DNA from: Eledone cirrhosa
Taxonomy: Eukaryota
Direction of reading: 5' to 3'
Length of the DNA: 64,000 bases
Assembly (NCBI GenBank): GCA_964016885.1
Contig: OZ024747.1
Coordinates: forward strand, 51,336,001 to 51,400,000
The stretch's first letter is position 1. Every line of letters begins with the position of its first letter. Below are positions 33,951-48,651 of this stretch, in pieces. Both the position numbers and the translations under genes were made by a program. A model generated the notes under the pieces. That model did not search any database. It saw only the letters and a list, made by a program, of their open reading frames with translations, and was not told the DNA's origin.

Positions 33951-34972
33951 GTATAGTCTCTCAGATATGACTGCATTAAAACTTTGGTTTTAGTAATACA
34001 CGTGTAGATACACACACACACACATGTGTGTGTGTGTGTGTGACATTTTATTTAAATGTATATTATTAGAAACACATGAAGTTACAAGTTACTTTCTTCA
34101 AAATACGTTCCTTGGGAAGTCTCACTATGGTTCCAACCTGTTTTCCCATTGATCTTAGCAGTACCAGATAGAATTTACTACCAGAGTCCTTAGCTCCTTG
34201 GTTACAAATTATGTACACTGAGGTCTTGAATAACCCCCCCCCCCCCCACACACACACACACTTATTACATTTTGTTAATCTATCTCCAGCGAAATTTTAT
34301 TGTAAGTGATTCATATTGATATAGCAGTGGGAGAATCTAATAATTATTTTATTTTACATCATAAAACATTGTATATGAGAAAAAAAGAGCATTTTCAAGA
34401 AATCCGATATTTGCGAACGTATACTACACAATTACCGATTCCCCGGCTTACGTTTATTCCACCTAGCCCTGCATATAAGAATTTAAGCAAATGTCCAATC
34501 CACCCGCTTATCCCCCACCCCACCCGCAATTTTTGTGGACCCAAGAGTACATGCAGCCAAGGTGATATCCAATATCTCTACACACATCAACGAGGTGCTG
34601 CGCTATCATGTCATACATAGGAAAATCAGTAACTTCACTTTTAGGTCAAACCTCCTATGTCTGTCTATTTACCCCAAGCTTTCGTTAACTGACGCCGCCA
34701 TTTATTCTGTTTTCTCGGTTTATGTATTTAAATATTTTTCTCTTTATTGGTTTCGGCCATTATTAGACTGTGGCCATTCTGGAACAAGTACCCACACATA
34801 TAAAACCAATGCGTGCACACACACACATATATATACACACAAAGACACACTTATATATATAAGCATGTATTTTTATTCATATGTACAAGCAAGGTCGCAC
34901 AGTTAACGATGTATATTTGTGTGTATGTGTGTACGTGTGTATGTATTTATGTATATAGGTACGTATAAATAC

Positions 34973-35041
<69 letters not shown>

Positions 35042-35084
35042 CATTAATATATATATATATATATATATAGTTTTAATATAGATG

Positions 35085-35135
35085 AGATTCTACAGGACTA
35101 GAACTGTTTCATTCATTAGAAATCATCAGGAATCT
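35085..35135 (-). ncRNA. Type I hammerhead (family A)
   Basis: AGATTC CTGATGA tTTC taat GAAt GAAA CAG ttctagtc CTG TA/ GAATCT. Confidence 0.83.
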
Positions 35136-35749
35136 GGGTATCAAAAAATAAATATGGTATTTATAGGTCTCTACAAGTGGTAGGAGAGGGTGGGGAGTGG
35201 GATGGGTGCAGGTCATTGGTTGATAGAGAAGGGAATTCATTAAAGGCTAATTCTACATAGCTATAGTTAATTTATATTTATTTATGTTTTTAGAGTAACA
35301 AAGGCAGACAGAAATCTATAAACAAGTTCCGGATGGCATACCATTCCTTGTCAATAAGTTTCTCTTAAGCTAGCAGATGTCTATAAAATCAGTGGGGGGT
35401 CATTCATGCTCGATAGAATTAAAGAAAAGGGAGATTCTTTAAAAGCTAAAGTCATTAAGTTCTGCTAAGTGACAAAGGTCTAGGGAATTCTGCAGACAGA
35501 TTCAAAATACTGAGTGCATATCTTACTATTATCTTCGAACTTCTCTTAAACTAATCAACAATATGCCAAATCAACAGACACATTCACAAAAAAACAAAGA
35601 AACCCCAAAAAGACCAAAGAAACAGAAAAACAAAAAAAGCCACACCTAAAAAAAACCACCAAAAAAACACACATACTCACTCACACACTTACGCGCAACC
35701 ATAAACACACACATAAACACAAATACACACATAAAAACACACACACATA

Positions 35750-35877
35750 TATAAAAAAAGTATATAAATATATACAAATATATATTCATGTACACGCACA
35801 TGCATACACACATACATACATACATATATAAAATACATATACACATATACATACGCACACATATATAATACATATAC

Positions 35878-35960
<83 letters not shown>

Positions 35961-36105
35961 TATACATATATACACATATATATATATATACACACATACA
36001 CACACACACACATACATACATATATATATACATATATATATACACACATACATATATATACACAAATATATATATATATATATATATACACATACATATA
36101 CATAC

Positions 36106-36140
<35 letters not shown>

Positions 36141-36275
36141 CACACACACACGGATACACACGCACATACACATACATACACACATACACACATATATATA
36201 CACAAGTAAATACACTCACACGCATACATACAAACACGAGTATACATATGTATAAATATCTATACACACACACAT

Positions 36276-36326
<51 letters not shown>

Positions 36327-36442
36327 CATATACACACATACATACACACACACATACACATATATACACATACATACACATATATATATATATTATACAT
36401 ATATATACATACATATATATATATATATATACATACACACAC

Positions 36443-36489
<47 letters not shown>

Positions 36490-36556
36490 TACATACACAC
36501 ACATATACATACATACATATATATATATATCTCTCTAAACACACACATACAAATAC

Positions 36557-36649
<93 letters not shown>

Positions 36650-36773
36650 TATATACACACACATATATATATCCATACATACACAAACATACACATGCAT
36701 ACACAGACCTATACATAAATATACACATATATATACAGAGATATAACGCACAAATACACACACATATATACAT

Positions 36774-36827
<54 letters not shown>

Positions 36828-36854
36828 GCATACACACACACATACACACACCAC

Positions 36855-36890
<36 letters not shown>

Positions 36891-36961
36891 GCGTGCATAC
36901 ACATATACACACACCCACACACAAAATATATATACACACACACATTCTCTCTCTCATGCAC

Positions 36962-36993
<32 letters not shown>

Positions 36994-36995
36994 AT

Positions 36996-37038
<43 letters not shown>

Positions 37039-37297
37039 TATGTGTATGTATATATATACAGACACATACAAATACATACATACACACACATACACATACA
37101 CATACATACATATATATATATATATACATATATATACATATATATATATATACACACGCATGCATATACATATACACATACATATACATACACATACGTA
37201 CATACACACACACACATATATGTACATATACACTCACAAATACACACACATATACACACATATATATACACATACATACACACAAACACATACATAT

Positions 37298-37342
<45 letters not shown>

Positions 37343-37373
37343 CACACATATACACACATACGCACACGCACAC

Positions 37374-37414
<41 letters not shown>

Positions 37415-37641
37415 TACACATACACACATATATATATATGCATATATATATATACATATATATATCCATATATATATATACATATACATATATATATACA
37501 CATACACATACATACACATACACATACATATATACACATATATACAGACAAATATATACACACACACATATACAAACATACATATACATACACATACATA
37601 CACACACACATATACATACACATACATATACATACATATAC

Positions 37642-37694
<53 letters not shown>

Positions 37695-37841
37695 TACATA
37701 TACATACATACACACACATACATACATACATACATACATAAATACAGACACATACAAACATATACCTGCATAAATATACACACATAAAACACGTATTCAC
37801 ACAAACATATATATATATATATACACATATATACATACACA

Positions 37842-37890
<49 letters not shown>

Positions 37891-37897
37891 CATACAC

Positions 37898-37942
<45 letters not shown>

Positions 37943-38010
37943 CACATACATATAATACACACACAACACATACACATATACACATATACAAACAAATATA
38001 TACACATACA
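35750..38010. repeat. Compound (CA)/(TA)/(TACA) microsatellite block
   Basis: Direct reading. Confidence 0.95.
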
Positions 38011-38188
38011 AGTAAATAGGTACTCAATAAATATACGCATATACACAGGCACATAAAGACACCTCTACAGGCAGAAAAAGTAGATACAAAAGAGGTACTC
38101 ACATGACCATAGTGGCCGTATTTCAGGTTGAGGAGGGGTGGGGGTAGGGTGGGGAGGAGGTATAGGGGCCAATAGGGGGAGGTCGTTT

Positions 38189-38830
38189 TTAGCCATCGGG
38201 CTTTAACACTGGCTTAAAGTGTTTGAATGTTGCAAAGTTCTTGTGCATGCAGTTCGGGCAGTGTTCAGAGAGTTTGTTCAGTAGCGGGCCCTTGGCGAAT
38301 AAAATTTCGTAACTCTCTGAAATACAAAGGTCGCAGCCCTTGTGTCCTCCGTCGTAAGAGCGCGCTTTCTGGAGTATTTTCCAATTAAGCGTGAAGGGGG
38401 TGGAGTTCCTTTTGAGGTCCCAAACGTAGGAGGCGAGTGTTGTTTGGTTTGATTTATCGGTCTTCTGAAGGAGTGGGTATGGGCATACCAGCGGGTCTTA
38501 AAGGTGTTGGATGTCATGCCGATGTAAGTTTTTTTGCAATCCTCGGTGCCCGAGATGACATCGCATTTGTATACGATGTCGTTTGTGAGGCATTTGTTTT
38601 CTAGTGGGCATGTTTCCTTATTTAGGCAATTACATAGAGCCCCAGTCCGGGGATTGGTTTCGGAGGTGGTTGGCTTATTTAGTTTAGAGTTGTGGTTGGC
38701 TATATTCCTAGCTAGGTTAGGTGTGGTGGAGTAAGACAGTCTTATAGTGTTCTTATTAAAGATGGTGTAGTACCTATGTTGTATGGGGAAGTGTAATTTC
38801 AGTAAAGTGAAGAAAATCCTAGCTATCGGA
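38189..38830 (-). pseudogene. PLE (Neptune-like) linker plus GIY-YIG endonuclease, one frameshift; upstream part lost in the assembly gap
   Basis: HFPIQHRYYTIFNKNTIRLSYSTTPNL...CNCLNKETCPLENKCLTNDIVYKC...YIGMTSNTFKTRWYAHTHSF / TTLASYVWDLK...WKILQKARSY...CDLCISESYEI...LLNKLSE...CMHK. Confidence 0.93.
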
Positions 38831-39030
38831 NNNNNNNNNNNNNNNNNNNNNNNNNNNNNNNNNNNNNNNNNNNNNNNNNNNNNNNNNNNNNNNNNNNNNN
38901 NNNNNNNNNNNNNNNNNNNNNNNNNNNNNNNNNNNNNNNNNNNNNNNNNNNNNNNNNNNNNNNNNNNNNNNNNNNNNNNNNNNNNNNNNNNNNNNNNNNN
39001 NNNNNNNNNNNNNNNNNNNNNNNNNNNNNN
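38831..39030. other. Assembly gap (200 N)
   Basis: Run of n. Confidence 1.
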
Positions 39031-39061
39031 TATATATAGTATATATATATTATATATATAA

Positions 39062-39099
<38 letters not shown>

Positions 39100-39385
39100 A
39101 TATATATAATATATATATATATAATATATAATATATAATATTATATATATATGATATATATATATAAATATATATAATTATATATATATATATAAATATA
39201 ATATATAATATATATATGATATAATATATATATATATAATATATATATATAATATATATATAATATATTTTATATATATATATATAATATATATAATATA
39301 TATAATATATATATATAATATATATATATATATATGATATATATATATATAAATATATATAATATATAATATATATATATATAAT

Positions 39386-39428
<43 letters not shown>

Positions 39429-39900
39429 TAATATATATATAATATATATATATATAATATATATATAATATATATAATATATATATATATAATAATATAA
39501 TATATATAATATATATAATATATATATATAATTTATATATATATGTATAATATAAATATAATATATATATATATATAATTTATATAATATATATACAATA
39601 TATATATATAATTTATATAATATATGTATAATATATATAAATAATATATATATATATATTAATATATATATATAATTTATATAATATATGTATAATATAT
39701 ATATATATATATAATAATATATATATATATATATATATAATATATATATATATAATATATATATATATATAAATATAATATATATATATATAATACATAT
39801 ATATATATATATAATATATATATAATATATATATATATAATATATATATATATAATATATATATATATAATATATATAATATATATAATATATATATATA

Positions 39901-39932
<32 letters not shown>

Positions 39933-40044
39933 ATATATATATATTATATATTATATATATTTATATTATATATATTATATATATTATATATATATATATA
40001 TATATATTTATATTATATATATTATATATATATATTATATATAT

Positions 40045-40078
<34 letters not shown>

Positions 40079-40298
40079 ATATATTATATATATATATTGT
40101 ATATATATATATATTATATATATTATATATATTATATATTATATATATATTATATATATTATATATATTATATATATATTATATATATTATATATATATT
40201 ATATATATATAATATATATAATATATATAATACATATATAATATATATATAATATATATAATATATATATAATATATATAATATATATATAATATATA

Positions 40299-40332
<34 letters not shown>

Positions 40333-40426
40333 CAACATATATATATATAATATAATAATATATATAATATAAATATATATATATATATAATATATATAAT
40401 ATATATATATAATATATATAATATAA

Positions 40427-40457
<31 letters not shown>

Positions 40458-40800
40458 ATAATATATATATATATATAATATATATATATAATATATATAA
40501 TATATATAATATATAATAATATATATAAATATAAATATATATATATATAATATATATAATATATATATATAATATATATAATATATATAATATAATATAT
40601 AATATATATAATATATATAATATAAATATATATATATATAATATATATTATATATATAATATATATATAATATATATAATATATATATAATATATATAAT
40701 AATATATAATAATATATAATATATATATAATATATATAATATATATAATATATATAATATATATAATATATATATAATATATATGTATATATATATATAT
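39031..40800. repeat. (TA)n/(TATAA)n microsatellite block
   Basis: Direct reading. Confidence 0.97.
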
Positions 40801-41034
40801 TTAGTGTGTGTTTGTGATGACGAGAGTGACTCACATAGCATCTGGTGTAGTAACACAAGTATGAATATTTTTTGACAGGGAATAACCTAAAATTACTTAG
40901 CTATTAAGCACAGTTTGAAATATTTTACTAACCTCGTATTCTGACCATGCCCTGATAAAATAGCATTCATCTTATTATTATTAATATTAATCTAGAACAG
41001 CTATATTCAGAAAGAATATCTTTGATAAATTTTC

Positions 41035-41220
41035 GGTGGAATTGGCAGTTTCGGGTAGAGGGTTGGACGCCATGCTTTCTAGCATAGTTACGTCCCTTTA
41101 CGGCCTGAGGTTCAAATCCCGCCGAGGTTAACCTTGCCTTTCATACATACGGGGGTCGATAAAATAAAAGACCAGTAATGTACTGGGGTAATTGCTGTCC
41201 TTGTGCCAAATGTAGAAACA
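41035..41220 (+). mobile_element. SINE (9109 family) flanked by a 58-bp direct duplication
   Basis: Body matches 9113-9293. Flanks 40977-41034 and 41221-41278 differ at 3 positions. Confidence 0.9.
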
Positions 41221-42388
41221 ATTATTAATATTAATATAGAATAGCTATATTCATAAAGAATATCTTTGATAAATTTTCAATTAGGAAATTTGAAAACCCC
41301 TCACTCGACTATAACTACTGTTATTCTATGTCTATATTCTGTTGATTACGAATAGCGAGCAGAATGATATCAGGGACCCCTAGAAACGGTAAGAGTTAAT
41401 TCGTCGCAGAATTAATTAAACACATCAGAGAGGGTTAAATTAAAACAAGATTTAATTAATTTTGTACACTTATCTGTCTGTTTATATATTTCAGTGTTTG
41501 TTTTTTTATTTACATACATACCAACGATGATTTTTTATAGGTTTTAACAAAATCTTCATAACTGTCGAAATTTTCAGATTTTCATGTAATTATTTTTCAA
41601 AATTACTTTTAAATAGATAAAAACTATTTTTTTTCCAAAATGAATAGTTCAAATAATTTTCATTTTCATTCACTGAACATCGTATTAACTTCAAATATTT
41701 CCCTTAACAATTAATTCTTTACAGCTTATTTAACTAATTTTTTTTTTAGTTTATTTGAGTGTTGCTTTTGCTAAATATATCAAGGCAAATTTTATCTAAA
41801 TTTTAATCGGTATATTTAGAATTAAAAAGAAATTACTTAGAGCCCAATTTTTCAATTTAATGTTTCTTAAAGTTGAAAGCATCATTAATGATATTTTACT
41901 TTAATTTATGCTTTAAGTAAACAAATTTTTAACAAAATAACTACACAAAGATATTCTAATGATATACGCACATAAAATAAAACTATCATTATGAGTAATA
42001 GAGTCATGGGAGAAATTTAATGATGTTTTATTTGGAAAACTGGATAGGTTAAAGAGATTTAGGAAATGATTGAATGAAAGATAGTGCGCTGTATAGTGCC
42101 TTGATGGAGGTTTGCTCTTTCATTCTTTCCTTTCTTCTTTCCTTGAGCCATCACACGGCGTGTCATGAGCATTTTTAGATCTAGAAGTGATCATCACCCT
42201 CAAGTTCTGTTGACAACTGATTTCATCCAGTGAGAAGGAGAGAGTGTGTGAGGAAGAGACCGTAAAGGAAGAAAATAAAATGGATATGAAATTGCGACAG
42301 ACAAGTAGCTAGACCATTACCTTATAAACAAGGCTATTTCACTTTTATTGTTGCTGGGGATATTTATTGTATGTATGTATGTATGTAT

Positions 42389-42660
42389 GGGCATTCTTCT
42401 AGGAGAAGGCAACTCAGGAAACTGCGATAACTCCGATATAAAACCTGCGGCTCAGCAGTTACCGATGATGTAGATCTTTTCTTCTTTTTGGGTTATAGCT
42501 ACTGTCGCTCAGAGAGTGGGATTGGCTCAGTGCACAGTCTTTCCTCACTTTAAAAAATATCTTCACGTACAAGCATTGCACGATAAATTAATTAATAATT
42601 ATTAATAATGGTATATTGTGCAATGGCCCATACTCGATAACGAGGGGCAGCCATCACATC
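42389..42660 (+). mobile_element. Probable non-autonomous bipartite RTE derivative in (ATGT)n
   Basis: 5' part has ctaggagaaggcaactc (RTE 5'-UTR-like). The 3' tail matches the RTE tail at 21677-21720. atgtatgtatgta lies on both sides. Confidence 0.55.
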
Positions 42661-44242
42661 ATGTATGTATGTAGTGACAAACAGTATCTGCATGAACCAA
42701 CTAATGAATGTTTGCTCGTTCTGTCACTCTTCGAAGTGCAAAACCTGAGGTTGACGTGGCCTCATGTTCACAGGGGACAGAATTGCAAGGCGTTACCACG
42801 AAGGAGTATATTCGCTGCAAAAGCGACCCAAGTCCCTTTCCTTATTCTTGCGGGTGACCAACTGCATCTCAAATGCTGTCAGTAAAGAGAAGAGCAATGA
42901 AGACTTGGGGCCAAGGCCCCAGAGGTTTGCAGTTAGATGATTCTAAGTCGTTAGAGTATTTGTTCTGGCTCTCTGAGTAATTGCAACATTCTTTTCGTTT
43001 TCTCTGTTCGAGTTCAAATCCCCTCAAGATCACCATTACCTTTCATCGATTCTGAGTCAATAAAATATCAGTCCATGGTGGTAGATTGGTAAAATTGTTA
43101 GAACGTCGGACAAGATGCCTTGTAGTATTTGTTCCAGTAGTTTGCTTTTCAACGCCAATCCCACCGTGGTCTTAATCTATCACCTGCTTTAGCATCTCAA
43201 CCTGACTCTCGGGTGATTTTTCAGGAGTTGTGAAAGCATTTGGGTTTGGTTTATGACTCAAGAATACTTTCTGCCAATCTTCTCTCCCAATAATCTCGGA
43301 CAGTCTGATACGGGTCACGAGTGCTGAACTTAATTCCAGGAATAATGAGCCAGGATAAAATGAGAATCAACTTATTCAACCTCTACCGATGAAACATACG
43401 TACATGGAATGGCACCGTTGTAGTAACTGGCCGTAATAATTATATTCAAACCCACCCTAAGTACTTGAGTTGCTCTATACCTAGGATATTTTACCTACCT
43501 ATTAATACATATACGATATGTATTAGATATATATCATATATATACATACATATATATATATATACATATACATATATAAAATATCATATACATATATATA
43601 TACATGTATATATATGTAGCATATATATATATATATATAAAAGGTATATATATATATTGAGTTAGAAACTCAAAATAGTCTCTTAAAATAAAATAGCTCT
43701 AGGAAAGAGATTTTTCCGAGCCGTATATCATAATTGAATATAAAAGAGATAAACAGACATATACATATATGTGTTCAAATCGTAAGGGACCAGGTTCGCT
43801 AAGGTGAAAAATATATATATATATATATATATATATGAAACATGTCATTGTCAACAAATGAAATTGTGTAAATGTGGGAGGTAATATGTATGTGCTATAA
43901 ATGTTCATCCTAAACAGTTGAAGCTGGTTAACAAGCCGTAGTGGAATTATTTACTTAATATAAGCTGTTCTTTTCTCTGTCAAATAGGAAAACATGTCTA
44001 CATTACTTAATATACTATTGCTACTACCTTGGGCATTACATGTATATTTGCTTGACGTTTAGTCATCAGAGTTTTACATACCTTTATTACGTAGACTCAT
44101 ACGTACACACACAGCGCACACGCAATCATGTGTATATATAGCTATGCAATTAATGTATGAATATACAGTCACCTGTAGAACGGAACGGAGAAACCATGAG
44201 CAAATCACAACTTTGAGTAAAACTCTTTCTAGTTTACCTAAC

Positions 44243-44425
44243 AATATTGGTTTCTGATATAGGCACACGGCCAGCAATTTTGGTGGAGGGGTTACATGGT
44301 ACCTTATTTTATCGACTCCGTATGGATGAAAAGCAAAGTTAACCTCGGCGGGATTTGAACTCAGATCATAAAGAGCCGTAACTCTTTGCTGCAAAGCATA
44401 GCGCCCGACACTCTACCGATACTAA
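44243..44425 (-). mobile_element. SINE (9109 family)
   Basis: ttttatcgactccgtatggatgaaaagcaaagttaacctcggcgggatttgaactcag is the reverse complement of the SINE body. Confidence 0.85.
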
Positions 44426-44806
44426 CAATATTGAGGACATTTTGTGCTTACTTACAATTCACACTAATGTGATACCATAATCATCTCACTATACAACTCT
44501 GTGTGTATATAAATGTATATGTGTGTATGTATGTCTACGTTACACGTACATATGCAAACATATATATGAGTGCTTATGTTTAATAATCACATATATACTA
44601 GTTTCCTATAACCATAAGAATTCAAGTACGCCCACGCACACCATTTGAAAATAAAAGCACTTAAGTTTTGAAGTGGTTGGAGATGGAAAAAATAATATTG
44701 ATAGCATAAGGATTTTATTATGAGACAGTAATGTAATGAGGAGAAAGAGGAGAGAGGGAGGAATTAAGGAAGACATGCGGAACAATGCATACATACAGAC
44801 ACACAC

Positions 44807-44871
<65 letters not shown>

Positions 44872-44886
44872 TATATAAATATATAA

Positions 44887-45360
<474 letters not shown>

Positions 45361-45447
45361 ATTGTTTCTACTTTTGGCACAAGGCCAGCAATTACCCAGT
45401 GCATTACTGGTACTTTATTTTATCGACCCCGTAAGGATGAAAGGCAA
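45361..45447 (-). mobile_element. 3' fragment of the 9109-family SINE
   Basis: attgtttctacttttggcacaaggccagcaattacccagtgcattactggtac...gaaaggcaa. Confidence 0.85.
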
Positions 45448-45723
45448 CGATAACGATTAAGAATGATGACGAAAAAAACAGAAATAAATGTTTCAAAAAT
45501 GAAACTAAAATGGTGGTAAGGAAAGAGAAACTATGTTGAAAAGTGACACAATGATGGACTTATAATATACCTGGAAAATACTGGAGGATTAATGGAGAGA
45601 TTTATGGACATGTAACTCCACCTGCAGACGTAAGGCAATTGTAGTAATATATGCCGTTCCTTGGTATTTAAACAAGGTGTAGTCTAACCCCTTTCAAGAT
45701 CTGAACACAGCTGATTTCTCCAA

Positions 45724-45783
<60 letters not shown>

Positions 45784-46100
45784 AAGCAAAAGGGATATTT
45801 AGTTTGTTGGTAATTCAACAAATATAAATGTTTATAACTGATTCAGAGCACTCGACAAGTTTTCTGGAGTATAATATTCAATGATATTAATTAAATGGAA
45901 ACTATATTTATAAAACCATATTTATTCTATGATATATATTTCAAGGGTACAAAATCTTTTTCTTGGTTATATCAAAATTTATAAAACAAACTTTGTATTT
46001 TATCTGATGAAAGCATACCAAAGTTTTGGTACCCTTGAAATATATATAATAGAATAAATATGGTTTTATAAGTATAGTTTCCATTTATTTAATATCATTG
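45784..46100. mobile_element. Family B pLTR element in tail-out inverted arrangement
   Basis: 45878-45953 is the reverse complement of about 46025-46100. The full HHR lies only in the right arm. Confidence 0.85.
45996..46056 (+). ncRNA. Type I hammerhead (family B)
   Basis: TATTTTAT CTGATGA AAG ca TACCAAA gt TTTGGTA cc CTT GAAA TATATA TA/ ATAGAATA. Confidence 0.85.
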
Positions 46101-46400
46101 TATATATATATCATCGGATTTTAACAGGAATTCCGGGAGTCCAGGTCTGGTTATCATTTTTTATCATTTATTTTGTTTTGACCTGTTTAGCTTGATTTGG
46201 TTTTTGGCTTGGGTGGTTAATGCTTTCTTGACCACCTTTTCAGTTTTGTATGGCTTCTTAACACATTGTTGAGCTCTGGTTTTTAACTATTGAGCACTTT
46301 GACAGTATCATTTCTGACTTTTGCGTTTCGCTTCGCCATTCCTGCCCGCCGAAATGCGATTCTCGCTGAATCTTTATTTGTATATATATATATATATATA

Positions 46401-46730
46401 TATATATTGGTAAACGGAATAGAAAATGCTGACAAATTGTTCACAGTTGAAAAATGGTTTAATTAGGAATAAAAGAGTATTAGTGATTGTATGGGTTAGT
46501 ATTCAGTTGTGGTTTTAAGTTTTTAAGTTTTTAGCAAACAGCACGGACACTCTATCTCAAAATTATTTTTGAAAAGCATTTAGAAATGCGCAACCGGTAA
46601 AAACTTAAAAACTTAAAACCACAACTGAATACTAACCCATACAATCACTAATACTCTTTTATTCCTAATTAAACCATTTTTCAACTGTGAACAATTTGTC
46701 AGCATTTTCTATTCCGTTTACCAATATATA
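46401..46730. repeat. Perfect inverted repeat (about 133-bp arms, 64-bp spacer holding an HHR-like motif)
   Basis: 46401-46533 is the reverse complement of 46598-46730. Confidence 0.97.
46566..46602 (+). ncRNA. U3-A8 variant hammerhead; this copy is mutated (GCAA)
   Basis: TTT TTGAAAA GCATT taga AATGC GCAA CCGG TA/ AAA. Upstream flank is homologous to the 48652 family. Confidence 0.6.
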
Positions 46731-46759
46731 ATAACTTGTGTGTTACACCTCTATTCTTT

Positions 46760-46823
<64 letters not shown>

Positions 46824-46967
46824 GATATATAGTCATTTGATCCAGAAATATTATATGGAGGAGCGACGCTTTGGCTTCTAACTAATTCACCAATCTCTCC
46901 TCTCCTATCTCCTCTCCTATCTCCTCTCCTATCTCCAGCTCTCTCTTTAAGATTGGTTACTCTTGAA

Positions 46968-47056
<89 letters not shown>

Positions 47057-47074
47057 GACAGAGAGAGAGATAGA

Positions 47075-47128
<54 letters not shown>

Positions 47129-47164
47129 GAAAGTATCAAGTACCTATCTTTATAAAACCATATT

Positions 47165-47226
47165 TATTTTATTATATATATTTCAAGGGTACCAACATTT
47201 CTGGTATTCTCTCATCAGATAAAATA
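47165..47226 (-). ncRNA. Type I hammerhead (family B), within an element at about 47145-47310
   Basis: TATTTTAT CTGATGA GAG aa TACCAG aaatg TTGGTA cc CTT GAAA TATATA TA/ ATAAAATA. Confidence 0.87.
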
Positions 47227-47309
47227 CAAAAGTTGTTTTACAGATAGTGACATACTCAAAACTAGAACTTAACGTCTTGAGTTCTGTTTCAATAGTGTTA
47301 GGGTTAGGG

Positions 47310-47379
<70 letters not shown>

Positions 47380-47492
47380 ATAATAATAAATTTGAAGACT
47401 AAAATCCAAAGAGGGCTCGATAAGGATAAATATATATATCAAATATATAAGAACCGTAAAGCAAATATATATATATATGTATATATATGTGT

Positions 47493-47670
47493 TTAATATG
47501 GAAATGGCTTCTACAGGACTAGAGCTGTTTAATTCGAAGGAAATCATAAAGATTTTCTTCGAATGAAACAGTTCTAGTCGTGTAGAAGCCATTTCTATAT
47601 TAACCATTATAAACTCTGCTATGTATTGAGTACCTTACCTACTGTGGTTACCCCGATTGAACCTGGGATA
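47493..47670 (+). mobile_element. Family A element with a fold-back 5' end (hairpin 47493-47603)
   Basis: 47551-47670 matches the reverse complement of 14465-14587. Left arm 47493-47545 is an inverted copy. Confidence 0.85.
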
Positions 47671-47976
47671 CATACACAAACACACACACACACATATATA
47701 TATATAGCGAGAGAGAGGGGGAGAAGGGGGGGGGGAGAATAGGGCCTGTACTGAAACGGTAATTTTTAGTTGGCGTGTTTTGAACATAAAGCTCCAAGTT
47801 GTAGAAAGAAAGCCGTAGTCTTCTATGGTCTTAATGTCGCCTCCGCCTTCAAGGTAAAATATCCTAACAATAACAACATAGATGTAACAACCAACTTACT
47901 TTACAACACCAACAACAACATCAATAATAATAAGGTTAAGTAAAGAATAAATCAAAAGGTCAAAATATAGGAACTT

Positions 47977-48295
47977 GTGGTGTTGGTGGAGGTGGTGGAG
48001 GTAGTGGAGGTGATGGAGGTGGTGGTGGTGGTGGTGGTTAGGGTGTTGGTAGAGGTGGTGGAGGTGGTGGTAATGCTGGTAGTGGTGTTGGTGGAGGTGG
48101 TGGAGGTGGTGGTGGTAGTGGTGGTAGTGGTGGTAGTGGTGGTAGTAGTGGTAGTGGTGTTATTATTGTTGTTGTTGGTAGTGGTGGTAGTGGAGGTAGT
48201 GGTGGTAATGATGGTAGTGGTGGTAGTGGTGGTAGTAGTGATAGTGGCGGTTATAATGGTACAAGTTGTAGTTACGGCGGCGTGGCGATGGTAGT
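47977..48295. repeat. (GTG/GTA/GAG)n low-complexity triplet tract
   Basis: Direct reading. Confidence 0.92.
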
Positions 48296-48453
48296 GTCGA
48301 TGGGTGGGTGTGGGTGTAGAAGCCCTTTATATACACACACACACACGAATGTGTGTATGTATATATGTATGTATTTATGTATGTATGTATAAACCTAGCA
48401 GTTTAATAAACTCGGTACCAGTGTTTACTAGAGCCGATATGTCAATATGTATT

Positions 48454-48516
<63 letters not shown>

Positions 48517-48651
48517 ATTAGAAAGTGAGTTTTTTTTTACAAAATGAAAAATAACCGAGGTGTCCTACACGAGTGAAAGTATAAAGAAAAAAATATGAAA
48601 CCGAAAAAGCAACTGGAGTCTTATTTAAAAAAATATATATTTATTTGGTTC

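Noticed and set aside
35136-35540. Possible GIY-YIG C-terminal relic upstream of the family A HHR (minus strand)
   Set aside because: Only a faint LC..E...LN pattern that needs frameshifts; not supportable without a profile search.
38783-39061. ORF spanning X residues
   Set aside because: Artefact of the 200-N assembly gap.
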